A DNA stretch of 64,000 bases from Octopus vulgaris (GCA_951406725.2 OX597814.1:109988001-110052000), one strand, 5' to 3'; positions 1 through 12,876 are shown, numbered from the stretch's first letter. Numbers and translations are program-made. The notes: generated by a model from the sequence alone, not told the origin.

Positions 1-181
1 CCCAACATCGCTTAACAACCGATGCTGGTGTGTTTACATCCCCGTTACTTAGCGGTTCAGCAAAAGACACTGATAGAATAAGTACTAGGCTTACAAAGAA
101 TAAGTCCTGGGGTCGATTTCTTCAACTAAAGGTGATGCTCCAGCATTGCCACAGTCAAATGACTGAAACAAGTAAAAGAGT
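1..181 (+). mobile_element. 3' half of tRNA-derived SINE family A
   Basis: Matches the 3' half of the complete copy at 52216-52625 (...gaataagtactaggcttacaaagaataagtcctggggtcgattt...gactgaaacaagtaaaagag). Confidence 0.85.
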
Positions 182-259
182 ATACATATGTTCATACACA
201 GATACATACATAGATATATACATACACACGCATGCATACTAACATACGTGTAAACATGT

Positions 260-472
260 TTACTCTTTTACTTGTTTCAGTCATTTGACTGCGGCCATGT
301 TGGAGCACCACCTTTAGTTGAAGAAATCGACCCCAGGACTTATACTTTGTAAGCCTAGTACTTATTCTATCGGTGTCTTTTGCTGAACTGCTAAGTTACA
401 GGGACGTAAACACACCAGCATTGGTTGTCAAGCGATGTTGGGGGGCAAACACAGACACACAAACATACACAT

Positions 473-503
<31 letters not shown>

Positions 504-540
504 GACATACATACATATGACAGGCTTCTTTCAGTTTCCA
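260..540 (-). mobile_element. SINE family A, 5'-truncated, tail-to-tail with the copy at 1-181
   Basis: Reverse complement of the family A body including the internal CA/TA microsatellite. Confidence 0.85.
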
Positions 541-865
541 TATATGTGTATATATAAACACATACACGTTATCACTTTTCTTTTGTAATAACCTCTTCCT
601 CCGTCTCTTATGCATTTATCAGGGTAACTGTGTGTATAGACTTGTGCATGTGTGTCTGTGTGTGTGTGTGTGTGAAAGTGTTTGTATTTAGAGAGTAAGA
701 AAGTGAAGACATTCATGGTTGAGAGAGGGAAAACTTTTTATTACATACACCCACCCATGTACAAATGATGGATAAGTAAAAACAAGAAAAACAAGAACAA
801 ATCACCAGAGGGACAAGTTTCCACAAAGGTCTTATTAGTCTGATGCTCAAAAAGTACAGTGCAAG

Positions 866-903
866 GGTCTTTGACATTTTGGACATTAGTTCTTCATCAG
901 AAA
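866..903 (-). ncRNA. Degenerate minimal type I hammerhead motif (PLE pLTR-like relic)
   Basis: Minus strand TTT-CTGATGA-AGAAC taat GTCC-AAAA-TG-TC-AAAG; GAAA decayed to AAAA; flank resembles the repeat at 34545-34715. Confidence 0.5.
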
Positions 904-1207
904 AAAGAAAAAAGGAGGGAAGATGGGGAAGAAAGATAAAAAAAATTAGGGGCCAAGTGGAAATTCAGTTCTCTAGGGAGGAGTTAGGAAGAGAGGAAGA
1001 GGTGGGGGTTTATGTGTATGTAAGAAAGTGCTGGGGTCAGGCATAGTGTGGGTGATAGTTAAGAGAGGATGGAAAAGAAATGAGAAAGAGAGGGGAGAAG
1101 AAAGAGATAAATGCTGAAAGGAGATTTCAGAGCAAAGAAGAATTGAGAGAACTGTCCCATTAGAAATATCTATGATAGATGAGCAAACAAGAAAATACAC
1201 AACCAAG

Positions 1208-1241
<34 letters not shown>

Positions 1242-1297
1242 GTATATATATATATATATAACTCTACTATTTCCCTCTAGTTAAACATCTCACACCA

Positions 1298-1343
1298 TCT
1301 CTGATGAAGGGATATCCCTAATATCCTAGAAACAGCTGTAAGA
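1298..1343 (+). ncRNA. Minimal type I hammerhead ribozyme motif
   Basis: TCT-CTGATGA-A-GGGATAT cccta ATATCCT-A-GAAAC AGCT GTA-AGA; palindromic stem III ACAGCTGT; predicted GUA cleavage after 1340; homolog at 52694-52755 on the minus strand. Confidence 0.75.
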
Positions 1344-1402
1344 CTAACTTTCACTTTATAAACTGAAAATTCCACACAGCCTTGGCTTTGTTATGTCATT
1401 TT

Positions 1403-1440
<38 letters not shown>

Positions 1441-1447
1441 CATATAC

Positions 1448-1735
1448 ACTGAGGATGAAAAACTCAGAGCTGTTCGAGAGCCTCCCAAAAGTTAACTCAA
1501 AAATAAGTCAGAAGAGACTGAGGTTAGTTGGACAATCAGAGTTGGTACTGCACTCAGTGTTTCTGTGGAAGCCCCAACATGGACACACTAGAAGAGGGAA
1601 ACTGAGGACGACATGTTGATGCCCTAAGGACAGACGCTGGTCTCTGGGAGACACAGGACATGGCAGCGATGATGAGGGACAAAGACTGCCAGAGAGTACT
1701 TGTCCATGGATCTTAAGAATTTTACTCACCCTAGA
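1448..1735 (+). pseudogene. RTE-clade LINE ORF C-terminal fragment
   Basis: Translates as RMKNSELFESLPKVNSKISQKRLRLVGQ...FLWKPQHGHTRRGKLRTT/VDALRTDAGL..MMRDKD with a frameshift; typical RTE C-terminus (RRLRxxGH...RxRGRP). Confidence 0.65.
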
Positions 1736-1963
1736 AGATATATATACGTATTCCCATCCAAAATTGAAATGAGTTCCAACACTCCCATGTGGTATACTTG
1801 ATCAATTGTGAAAATCTTTCTCATGAAACCGTTGGTAGCCTTATTAATCCACAAATAAAGTGTGTGTGTTGTAAATTTAATAAAATAATGGAAGAAGACA
1901 ACACAGAAGGAACAAAGTTCAAGAAATACTGTATTAACTTTACATTTAAAAGAGGTGGGGGGA

Positions 1964-2000
1964 GTCTTAACATTTCAGATGTTAGTCATTCATCAGAAGA
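1964..2000 (-). ncRNA. Degenerate minimal hammerhead motif
   Basis: Minus strand TCTT-CTGATGA-atgactaacatct-GAAA-TGT-TA-AGA; stem II poorly paired. Confidence 0.4.
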
Positions 2001-2497
2001 AAGAGAAAAGAGAAACAATAGAGAGAGTGAGGAAGAGGAAAAGTGAGTGAGAGAGAAAAGAAATCAGGTAAAGGGTTGGGAAAGAAAGGAGACAGAGAGA
2101 GAAACAGTGAGAAAGTAAGGAAGAAAGAAGGAAATTATGAGAAAATAATCATTTCTCTCGTAACAGAATACAAACAAATTATCTAACGAAACCATGTTTA
2201 CATTACAACAACAACAACAAGAACTAAAGTTAAAACAGAAAAGATAATTAGTTCCATAAAGCCTGACGATGGTGACAGCAGAGTTGTCTTACCCTGTTTG
2301 TATTCTTCGTTTTGCTTTTTCTAATAAAAACAACATAAAAATGTCGCATTTTTTTTATTAAGTAAACAACATTAATGATTGTTGTCTACAAATTATGTCT
2401 GATATATTTTAGATATTTATATATATATATATATCTGCAGTGACGTTCCTACATTTACTGCCCAACAAGTAGCAGCAGCAGCAGCAGTAGTAGTAGT

Positions 2498-2537
<40 letters not shown>

Positions 2538-3094
2538 ATGGTAGTATTAGTTACAGGGTTGTTAACTTCTGTCAATTGGTACAGCATGGAACTTGAAAGA
2601 TGGTGGTTACTGACGTTAACTGAATTCTTTTTTTCAGTTTTGCTTTTGTTTTTATTTCCCTCCAGTCATTAATTTTTCCAACAAAACTCCTTAGTATTAT
2701 TATTATTATTATTATTATTGACTATCATCATCATCATCATCATCATCATCATTACCATTATTATTATTGTTGTTATTTTATTATTATTTATTATCATCAT
2801 CATTGTCGTCATCATTGTCATTGTTGTTGCTAGTATTATCATCATCATCATCATCATTGTTGTTGTTGTCGTTTTTGTTATTATTATTATTATTAAATCA
2901 ATATTGATTTATGCAATTGTTCTATTGATATATATAGATAGATAGATAGATATACACACACATACACATATGTAGTTGTATCATTATCCATCAGCTCACA
3001 GACATCGTATCAACCAACCCTCTCTCAACAAGGAAACCATTCTAACCGAGCTGACTTATTGTATATAGTAAGATAAAATGTCATAAGAAAATAA

Positions 3095-3820
3095 CGGGCA
3101 TAGTTTCGGTTGTAGTAGCACAGATTTCCGTCGATTTCCGTAAAAAACTTTTATTTTTTTACATAAGTAATGAGAGCGAAAGAGACTAATAGGAAGCGAT
3201 TTTACGACGAGAAGGTTTCACTTTGAAGTCGGCCTGTGTGTGTTTGATGGGGTGTGGGAGACAGACAGTATGTTGTGTAAGTGAAGTGCTTCTGTTAGTA
3301 TGTGCGAAGAGACAGACATACATATACACATACACCGAGTAAAAAATTACGATGAATCGGCCATACATACATACATACACACACACACATACATAGATAC
3401 ATACACACACACACATACATGCAGACATACATATACACATACACCGAGTAAAAAATTACACTGAATCGACCATACATACATACACACATACATACATACA
3501 CATACATAGATACATACACACACACACATACATGCATACATACATATACACATACACCGAGTAAAAAATCAGTTATCTCTCTCTTTCACACATTACTCTC
3601 TCTGTCTCTTCGCACACACTAACAGAAGCACTTCACTTACACAACATACTGTCTGTCTCCCACACCCCATCAAACACACACAGGCCGATTTCAAAGTGAA
3701 ACCTTCTCGTCATAAAATCGCTTCCTCTTAGTCTCTTTCGCTCTCATTACTTATGTAAAAAAATAAAAGTTTTTTACGGAAATCGACGGAAATCTGAGCT
3801 ACGACATGCGAAACTTCGCC
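3095..3820. mobile_element. Foldback/MITE-like element with ~215-bp inverted arms and an internal tandem repeat
   Basis: About 3101-3315 is the near-perfect reverse complement of about 3602-3818; the centre has three ~110-bp units marked by ACACCGAGTAAAAAAT separated by CA/TA microsatellite. Confidence 0.75.
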
Positions 3821-4509
3821 AAATAACGTTATTATTGCCATAGCGTTTTATCAAATTAGTTTCTTTTCTTTGATTCAGACACAAGATAACAAGACATGGT
3901 TGGTGAATTCTGTGGTCCCCTAGTTATGCAGTGCATCTCTGTTGTGCAACAATACACGATGGGCTTCTTTCAATTTCCATCTACCAAATCCACTCACAAG
4001 GCTTTGGTCGACCCGAGGCTATAGTAGAAGACACTTGCCCAAGGTGCCACACAGCGGGACTGAACACGGAACCATGTGGTTGGGAAGCAAGCTTCCTACC
4101 ACACAGCCACTCCAGCACTTGAATTGTATGAATTTTGTATGTGTATATGTTTGTATGAACGTATGTATGTTAATCGTTGGAGCGAACCGTACAAATCATG
4201 TTGCTTAAGTTGTTAAGTGTACACTGGAGTGGAATGGTGAGAATTAGTGAAATAATTTCTGGTTTTGACTATTGGTATTGGAAGAGGAACGAAGGATGGT
4301 TGGCTGGTTGGTCCGTTGGTTATTTTGTTGGTTTTTGTAATATTCCGAGTGTGAAATAGCATTGAATTTGGTAAAATAATTTGCCATTAATGCTGTCATG
4401 GACAATTGGTCATGGATGTAATGAAGAAATGTGTATGTGCTTGTGTTTATGGATGCGGATGTATGTTTGTGTTTGTGTATATATGTGTGTATGTGTGTAT
4501 ATATATATA

Positions 4510-5240
4510 TTCTTTCATTCTTTTATTCTTCTACTTGTTTCAGTCATTTGACTGCAGCCATGCTGGAGTGCCGTCTTTAGTCAAACAAATCGACTCCAGG
4601 ACTTATTCTTTGTAAGCCTAGTACTTATTCTATTGGTCTTTTTTGCCAAACTGCTAAGTTTCGGGGATGTAAACACACCAACATCAGTTGTCAAGCGATG
4701 GGAGGGGGGAACACAGACACACAAACATATGCATATGCACACACACACACACACATATTTGTATGTATGTATATATAAATACGACGGGCTTCTTTCAGTT
4801 TCCATCTACCAAATCCACTCACAAGGCTTTGGTCAACTGAAGGCTTTTATTCATTTACTTGCCTCAGTCATTTGACTGCGGTCATACTGGAGCACCACCT
4901 TAAAGGGTTTTACAGTTGTAAAAAATTACCCCATGACTTATTCTTTGTAAGTCTAATACTTATTGTATCGGTCTCTTTTGCTGAACCGCTAAGTTACGGG
5001 GATGTAAACACCCAAACTTCGGTTGTCAAGCAATGGTGGGGGGACAAATACAGGCACACAAACATATACATATATATACAACGAGCGTCTTTCAGTTTCC
5101 ATCTTACAAATTTCCACTCACAAGACTTTGGTCGGCCTGAGGCTATAATAGGACACACTTGCCCAAGGTACCACAGTGGGACTGAACCCAGAACCATGTG
5201 GTTGGGAAGCAACCTTCTAACCACAGCCGCTCCTGCGCCT
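4510..5240 (-). mobile_element. Two tandem SINE family A copies
   Basis: 4510-4845 lacks the head; 4846-5240 ends at the tRNA-like head (reverse complement ggcgcaggagcggctgtgg). Confidence 0.8.
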
Positions 5241-5249
5241 GTATACATG

Positions 5250-5282
<33 letters not shown>

Positions 5283-5321
5283 GTAAAAGACAAATAAGTA
5301 CCAAGGATGTCAAGGTATTAG

Positions 5322-5408
5322 TGCATTACGGCTATTTCAGGAGGCCCGATTTAATCGAACAATGCAAGCATTACCTCAATTTCAAATACTCCACCATCTT
5401 CAGATGCA
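5322..5408 (-). ncRNA. Type I hammerhead motif with extended stem II
   Basis: Minus strand TGCAT-CTGAAGA-(~58 nt)-GAAA TAGCC GTA-ATGCA; 5-bp stem I TGCAT/ATGCA; related to 17741-18281 and 61396-61722. Confidence 0.6.
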
Positions 5409-5629
5409 AAATATAGGTTTTCAACATACAGGGTACTCCATAATTTTTAGCAAATATTTCATCAGAACTAGAGAATAAAAGAATTCCATGCTGCTATTAT
5501 TGTAGCAGAATGAACTTAGAGAGATACACATATATACTTGCTGATGTTTGTTTTTATGTTCATTTATAATAAAACCAATTTTACATTAATCTGATGCATT
5601 ACTCTATTCTTTTGTAGAGTACAACTATA

Positions 5630-5757
5630 TTATTTTTATACAAGAATGTTGTTGATAGTGACTTCGAAGTTTCAGCCAATAAAGCCATCAAATAACAATG
5701 GCTTAACTGGCTGATACTTCAAAGTCACTATCAATAGTATTTTTGTTCAAGAATAAT
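5630..5757. repeat. Palindrome whose arms contain a hammerhead 3' half
   Basis: Inverted arms; the minus arm reads GGCT-GAAAC TTCGAA GTC-ACTATC (palindromic stem III, GUC site). Confidence 0.6.
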
Positions 5758-5820
5758 TAAGATATCTATCTATCTATCTATCTATCTGTCCATCTCTCTA
5801 TCTATCTGTCTGTCTGTTTG

Positions 5821-5865
<45 letters not shown>

Positions 5866-6569
5866 ATATCTGTCAGTCAGTCAATCTGTCTATCTATCTA
5901 TCTATCTGTCTGTCTATCTGCCCATCTATCTGTCTATCTATCTATCTCTCTCTATATATATTTTTACACACACACACTCACACACACATATATATGTATA
6001 TGTATTTATTTGTATAAGTGTGCATGTGCAAATGTGTGCAGACATATGTCCACACACATACAGTGAAGAGTGAGAGAGAGAGAGAATGAAATATCACAGT
6101 ATAAGCTGTGTCATCTCTGCAGTAGAGCAATGTGTTGTTCAGTATTACATAAAGATCATTTATCAATGCATTTATTTTGAAATGTATTTGGAAGAAGAAG
6201 TCTTGCTTCTTTTACTCTCTTCATTGTTATCAGATCAGTGAGTCAGAATCTGGAAGTTTCTTTCTTCATAAGTTTCTCATTTGCATTTGAATAGATTTTA
6301 TAAGTAACAATAGATTTACTTCAAAAATATATTTTGTCTAAACTGTTCTTCTATTTACTTTTTTTCTTCCTTATTTAACAAAAAAAAATCAATATATATT
6401 TCTTTCTTTGTAATACTCAAAAATAAGATTTACCAATTGTATTCTTACTTGAAGCGCTATCACTACCAAGAGAATGAAAGTTCACAACTAGTTGAAAAAT
6501 AAAGCAGTTTCCAGACTGGTGTTTTGAGATTTAGAAGGAAAAGAATCATTCTCTTCAAATTCTTTTCAT

Positions 6570-7060
6570 TGGCACAAGCATAGCTGTGTGGTAAGAAGCT
6601 TGCTTCTCAACCACATGGTTCTTTGTTCATCTCCCCACTGCATGGCATCTTGGGCAAGTGTCTTCTACTATAGTCTTGTCCCGACCAAAGCCTTGTGAGT
6701 GGATTTGGTAGATGGAAACTGAAGAAGCACATTGCATGTGTATATATATATATATATATATATAAAGTAAATAAATGGAGTTAAATGCAGATGTTATTAA
6801 AATTCTTTTACTTTCGACATATGTTTGGAATAAAACCAATGTTGTCTTCGAAACATATGTCGAAAGTAAAAGAATTTTAATAAACTCTTCGTTCAACTCC
6901 ATTTATTTACTTATACTACACAAATTACTGCACATTAACCTGGAGTTTCTACCTTTGAATAGGTCGCTTCATCCGTGTTACTTGCGTGAATTTTGCTACC
7001 CTGGTAACTGTTTATTGAATTTTCCATGTTAATGGTAAACAAAGGATAATTCATTCATCC

Positions 7061-7104
<44 letters not shown>

Positions 7105-7770
7105 GCCAGTTATGTGACACCAGCAGTTATGTAATTGGCACAAAAAAAAAGCACCTTTCGAGTGTTAGACTTCATGGAAGCAAAGTGGCCAATGCTGGTG
7201 GCACAGGAAAAGCTCCTTTAGAGTGTTGACCTCACGGAGGCAATGACAATGACTGAGACCTTAGTATTATGTTGTGCTTGAGAAGAAGAAACATCAAGCC
7301 AAGTAAAATCACCGTCATAGCAGATACTGGTGTGACTCAAATGGCACCCATGCTGGTGGCATGTAAGAGCACCCATTACACTCTCAGAGTGGTTGGCATT
7401 AGGAAGGGCATCGAGCTGTTGAAACATTGCCAGATCAGATTGGAGCTTGGTGCAGCCTTCTGCCTTGCCAGTCCCCAGTCAAACCGTCCAACCCATGCCA
7501 GTATGGAAAGCAGATGTCAACAATGATGATGATGTTGTTGATGATGATAATATGTGTGTGTTTGTGTTTGTCCTCCTTCCCTACACTTGACAACCAGAGT
7601 TGGTATGTTTATGTCCCCATAACTTAGCAGTTCAGCAAAGGAGACTGACAGAATAAGTACCCGACTTTACAACAAAATAATTAGCACTAGTGTCGATTCA
7701 TTCAACTAAAATTCTTCAAGGTGGTGCCCCAGCATGGCCACCGTCTAATGACTGAAACAAGTGAAAGATA
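6570..7770 (+). mobile_element. SINE family A expanded by nested insertions in its internal microsatellite
   Basis: Head 6570-6730 and 3' half 7550-7770; between them a palindromic element (6765-7060) and an RTE 3' stub (7100-7548). Confidence 0.75.
6765..6912. repeat. Palindrome containing hammerhead 3' halves
   Basis: ~65-bp inverted arms; plus arm TTC-GAAAC ATAT GTC-GAAAG (6850-6861); flanked by (TA)n. Confidence 0.65.
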
Positions 7771-8909
7771 TACTCCTTTGTTTGTTATACCCAAAAATAA
7801 GATTTACCATTTGTATTCTTACTGGAAGCATTATCACTTCCAAGAAAACAAAAATTCCCGACAAGTCAAAAAATAAAACAGTTTCCAGTCTAGAGTTTTG
7901 AGTTTTAAAACAAAAAATCATAATTCTCTTCAAATAGACGTGTGAATTGTCTAATTCTGTAACAGAGTTCGGTTACGATTCTGGCTTTAAAAGCATGAAT
8001 AGAATATGTTTGGAATTTGAGGTGGGAATGGAATGATGGCACTGTCTTTGGTAATGGCTTCTAATTCAGGCACAAAGTCAACAATTTTGAGTGGAGGAGG
8101 AGGGAGAGGTCAGTGAATTAAACCTGGTCCCTCCCACTACTTGACTGAGAATCTATCTTCTTGACCCTAGACAGGTGAAAAGAAGAATTGACTTCAATGG
8201 AATTGGAATTCAGAATGCAAAGAGCCAGAAGAAATGATGCTCAGCATTTTGCACAGTGCACTCATGATTCTAACTCATTGATTGATAATAATAATAATAA
8301 TAATAATAATGCCCAGATGCAGTACCAGGCATTGGCTCTCATGGCTTCTGATCTTAACTGATTGGAAGTGTTATCATGTACATAGTTTTGTCTTGGTATA
8401 GATGGGCTACAGCAAATATTCTGCTCAATACCACAGATTTGCTTGTCAGTTGTTTGACCTTTACCAGATGAGCATGTCCCTTAGTGGCTGACAATATGTG
8501 CATCTCTGATCATGAGCAGAAGTAGTGGGGGAGCATCATAGCCATGTGTTGAGAGAAATTCTTTGGGGATTTGGATAATTCACCTTTGGAAACAGGAGTG
8601 TTTCGTTCAACATCCTTAAACAGCCTTTATTCAAGGACCTTTTGAGTAGGATGGGCTACTCGACCTGAAGAAAATTCTAACTGGGCCCCACCTGCAAGTT
8701 CATGCACTGTTTGAGAGAGGTGGCTTTATACTAGTAGATGAGGGGTTGAAGTATGAGAGAAGGGGCCAGTGTAGAACAGGTTCCTTGCTGTAGAAGGGCC
8801 ATGTGATTATTTGCAATTTAGAAGAGAGAACAGGGGTGTGACTGGAGTGAAATGAAGTGGAGAAGAGATAGAAACAGAGGTGAAGAGGTATCTGAGAAAA
8901 CCTTCAAGG

Positions 8910-9590
8910 TAAAACCTCCTATGGGCTTGCACCTAAAAGGTTCCCCTCTGAGGCACAAGTCTCAGTAAGGTTGTTTTATGAAAGATCTGAAGTCAGCCAT
9001 GCATACTAACCTCCCCTCTCCACGTCACTGATGTTATCCAATGGGAAAGGCAAAGGGGCCAATACAGCTTGGCCCCAGTGATGTCAAGTCATTTCTACAG
9101 ACGAGTGAACTGAAGTAGCATGAAATAAAGTGTCTGGCTCAAAGTACACAGCACACAGCCCAGTCTAGGAATTGAACAAGTACATCAACATCAAAAATCA
9201 ATGGAAATTGTAGTTGTGATCTCTGTGCCGGTGGCACGTAAAAAGCATCATCCGAACATGGCCGATGCCAACGCCGCCTTGACTGTCTTCCGTGCCGGTA
9301 GCACGTAAAAAGCACCAGCCGATCATGACTGTTGCCAGCCTCGCCTGGCACGTAAAAAGCACCCACTACACTCACGGAGTGGTTGGTGTTAGGAAGGGCA
9401 TCCAGCTGTAGAAACACTGCCAGATCAGGCTGGAGCATGGTGCAGCCTCCTGGCTTTCCAAACCCCAGTCAAACTGTCCAACCCATGCCAGCATGGAAAA
9501 CAGACGTTAAACAATGATGATGATAATGATGATGATGACCTCATGCCTGTGAGCCCAGCACTCTGACCACTGAGCCATGCTCCCCTCAAG
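8910..9590 (-). mobile_element. SINE family C interrupted by an RTE 3' stub (about 9177-9538, + strand)
   Basis: Both flanks match the reverse complement of 17343-17680; the insert ends in (GAT)n. Confidence 0.75.
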
Positions 9591-10789
9591 GTAGAAATGA
9601 GTAGAGGTGTATTGGGGGTAAGGAAGAAGTGGGAATGTGAGTGGGTGGAGGTTACAGTAGTGAGTGAGAGAGTGACATATGGGGAATGGTTGTTGGGGGT
9701 AAATACAGTGGTTTCAAATTTTGGCACAGGGCCAGCAATTTCAGGGGAGGAGATAAGTTGAGTACATCGATCCTAGTGTTCAACTGGTTCTTATTTTACT
9801 ACCCCCGCTCCAAAAAATGAAAGGCAAAGTTGAGCTCAGTGGAATTTGAGCTGAACCAGTAAAGTGAGATGAAATGCTGCTAAGCATTTTGTCCCGCTTG
9901 CTCAAGGGGTCTCTGCCAGCTTGCCACCTTAAGGCAGGTGGTGGTGAATATAATGAATAATGAACAAGTGTTGAGTGAATAATAAGCAGAGGAGGAATTC
10001 TTCTGGAATGGAAACGAGTTAAGCACCAGTCAAGTACTGGATTCGATTTAATATTCTCATAAAACCTGTCTTGGTAGCTGTAATCGTATTAGAAGAATTT
10101 TTATAAAAACTTCAAGCTATGAATATGAAAGAAGAATTTTCATAACTTTTTTTCACCTTTTCAATGAAACAAATGATGCTGGTTTATCCTTTGGTGCATC
10201 GAATTATTTCAGATCAAACAAAATAGCTGGAGAAGAGCCGTTGCAATTAATTATTCGTAATGTTTCTTCGCATAATACATTAAAGGAATCAGTTTGTTTG
10301 ATGACGTCACGAGCTTTCTACATCGCTAACCCTCCTGCCGCAGTTATAATATCAATAGAAACACAAGATGCCAACTTGGTTCGAAATGACTCAACACTTT
10401 ATTATTCTGTTATAAACTCCATTCAGCATTAATGTTAGATAATATTTGCCTTGATTTGCTGTTTGTTCTTGAACCATTTTGAAGCAGGCTTCATCTTCAA
10501 AGGGAGGTAACAAGTAGTTCTAAGTGGTTTATTTCATGAGCCAATCAGGAAGCCTCTACGGGGACAGGTAAGCTGCTAGAAATAGCACCTGAATGTCTTT
10601 TGAAGCAACCCCTACTATCTTAAAATAATGGGAAGGCCCCGTGTAGATAATGTAGTCATTGATATAAGCAAAGTAAAAACAAGTGAACATGATGATCAAT
10701 AGGTCTGTTTGATTAGGATTTCATAACAACAAAGGGTTCTGTAACAACATTAACAACAACAACCACATTAACAACAACAGCAACCAAAT

Positions 10790-11400
10790 AATTTCATGTC
10801 TTTCTCTTTTCATCTTTTCTTTTACTTTTCCGTATTTCATTTTTTCATCATCCCTCTCTACTCCTCCCTCTCAACCTCTCTTTTTCTCCTCCTTGCTCTC
10901 CCTATCTTCCATCTCCCTCCCCATTTCTTTCTCTTTCTCTCTCACTTCTGCCTTCTTCTTTCCTTCATTGCTATATTTTTTATGTATTTCCTTTTAGTTA
11001 TTATTTTTATATATACTTCTTATCACCTTTTCTCTTCTTCCCTCCTCTCTCTCTTCCTCTCCCTCTCTTTCCTTCTCTCCCTCTCTCCCCTACCCTCTCT
11101 CTTTGTATCTTCCCTCCCTCTTTCTCTCTCTCCCTCCCTCCTTCTTTCCCTCCCCCTTTCTCTCCTTCCCACTTTCTCTTCCTCTCTCTCTCCCTCTATC
11201 TCCATCTTCCTCCATCTATCTACCTATCTCCTTCCATCATCTTTTCTTCATTATCTTCTTTGCTATTTCATTCATTTCCTTTTACCTATTATCATTTCCT
11301 CTAAATATCTCTTCGCCTCTCTCTCTCTCCACTTCCCCCTCTCTCTCTCACTCTCTCCCTCATTCTATCTTCCTATCTTTTATCCATTTTATTCATTATT
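10790..11400. repeat. CT-rich low-complexity tract
   Basis: ~600-bp polypyrimidine stretch; similar tracts at 48160-48620 and 49060-49520, purine-rich tract at 24780-25100. Confidence 0.9.
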
Positions 11401-12109
11401 ACTTCCACACCAAAAGAAAACAACTCTCCAGCTGTGAGAGATTGTCAATACAAAATAAAATTACTCACCAGAAAACTTCATAGCTCTTCTTCAGATAATA
11501 GAGTCTCATTATGTTTAACAAATATTAATTTATTATTTAATCAAATCTGCCAGTACCACTCCACATCTTCTTTTTAATGAAAATGCTGCATATACAGAGC
11601 AAGTTAGTTGCTATAGCACCAGCATGAACAAAGTTTACGTAGCACATTAATTATTACAGCACCAGCAAGGAATGAAAAAGTCTACATTGCCACTGTTGAA
11701 GACAAATAAGACACAAACTTTGAGAGTTGTGTCCCTTGTTTGCTCAGCCAAACAACAATGTCAGATGACCCATTATATTATCATAAATCAATGCATTTAA
11801 TCTTAATGTATATATTTCTAATGAAACAATCAAATCCAACCTTTTTATCTACCATAATATATATTAAGAAATGTCAACTATTTAATAATGAAATATTTTG
11901 TCAGTGTGCCAGGACTTTGATATATGAGGTAAAACCTGTTTATTGTGACACAAACCATTCTGCCTTTCCTAATTCATCCCCTGCTCTTTGATTGGTTTTT
12001 CCTCTTTTTCTTTCATTTTTTTTTTTCATTTTGGTTTCTGGCTTTTTATTACTCAGAGGAGAGGGTGACAGTGTAGAAAGGGGAGAAGGTTATAATAATA
12101 ATAATAATG

Positions 12110-12625
12110 GAACAGAAAAAAGATCGTATAAGCACACACCAGAAAACAAGAAAGCAACCATACTAAGGGATATGCCAATACACTCAGATAGAGAAATTAA
12201 GGTCAACGGGCCAGATATAGTTGTCAGAGATCATGAAGGAAAAAAATGCTTTCTAATTGATGTATCAATACTAGCAGATGACAATGTGTCTCTAAAAGAA
12301 ATGGAGAAACTTTCAAAATACAAAGGCCTGGAAATAGAGGTAACTTGAATGTGGAATCTAAAAACAGAAACAATCTCTATCATAGTAGGCGCATTAGGTA
12401 TGATAAAAAAAAAATTCAGACAAATACATAATAAAAACACCAGGACTTACAAACACATATAACATACAGAAAATTGCACTACTGGGCACTGCACACATCC
12501 TATGCAAAACACTTTCAATATAGTAACCATCAGAGCATCACAGCAAACCACAGCACATACCCAAGGCACACAGAGCTGTGCTCGGTAGTGAAGTGAAAGC
12601 ATGCTATAAGAATAAAACTACTGAA
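12110..12625 (+). mobile_element. R4/Dong-like non-LTR retrotransposon 3' fragment (restriction-like endonuclease) inserted in (TAA)n
   Basis: ENKKATILRDMPIHSDREIKVNGPDIVV...CFLIDVSI...KEMEKLSKYKGLEIEV*MWNLK...IIVGALG...QKIALLGTAHIL; PD..D..EK..KY motif; (TAA)n on both sides. Confidence 0.85.
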
Positions 12626-12699
12626 TAATAATAATAATAATAATATTTATTGGATTGATGTTACTCCTCCAGAAAGTAAAGAAACAATAAAGAAGAGTG

Positions 12700-12835
12700 C
12701 GGCTGTTATCAAATGAACAATATTTCGACGTCCAATAAATATTACCAAAATGAAGTAGATTGACAAGTTTATTTTTGAACTTGTGGAAGACTCACGAGAT
12801 GTCAAAATATTGTTCATTTGATAACAGTTTGCACT

Positions 12836-12837
<2 letters not shown>
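12700..12837. repeat. Inverted repeat with a degenerate ultra-minimal hammerhead-like motif
   Basis: Plus strand TGAAC-TTGTGGA-AGAC..GTC-AAAA-TATT-GTTCA (12776-12816); the inverted arm retains GTC-GAAA-TATT-GTTCA. Confidence 0.4.

Positions 12838-12876
<39 letters not shown>

Noticed and set aside
2260-2300. CTGACGA followed by a hairpin
   Set aside because: No GAAA or stem III downstream
5412-5470. Second CTGATGA-AATAT..ATGTT-GAAA on the minus strand just upstream of the 5322-5408 hammerhead
   Set aside because: No stem I or stem III pairing; may be chance or heavily decayed
10080-10500. Unique-looking segment, possible host exon
   Set aside because: No recognisable protein motif or consistent frame with splice sites by eye; needs BLASTX or RNA-seq
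10796-11483. Long Leu/Ser/Phe-rich ORFs (also 31694-32296, 48155-48628, 49053-49586)
   Set aside because: Stop-free translations of low-complexity or microsatellite DNA
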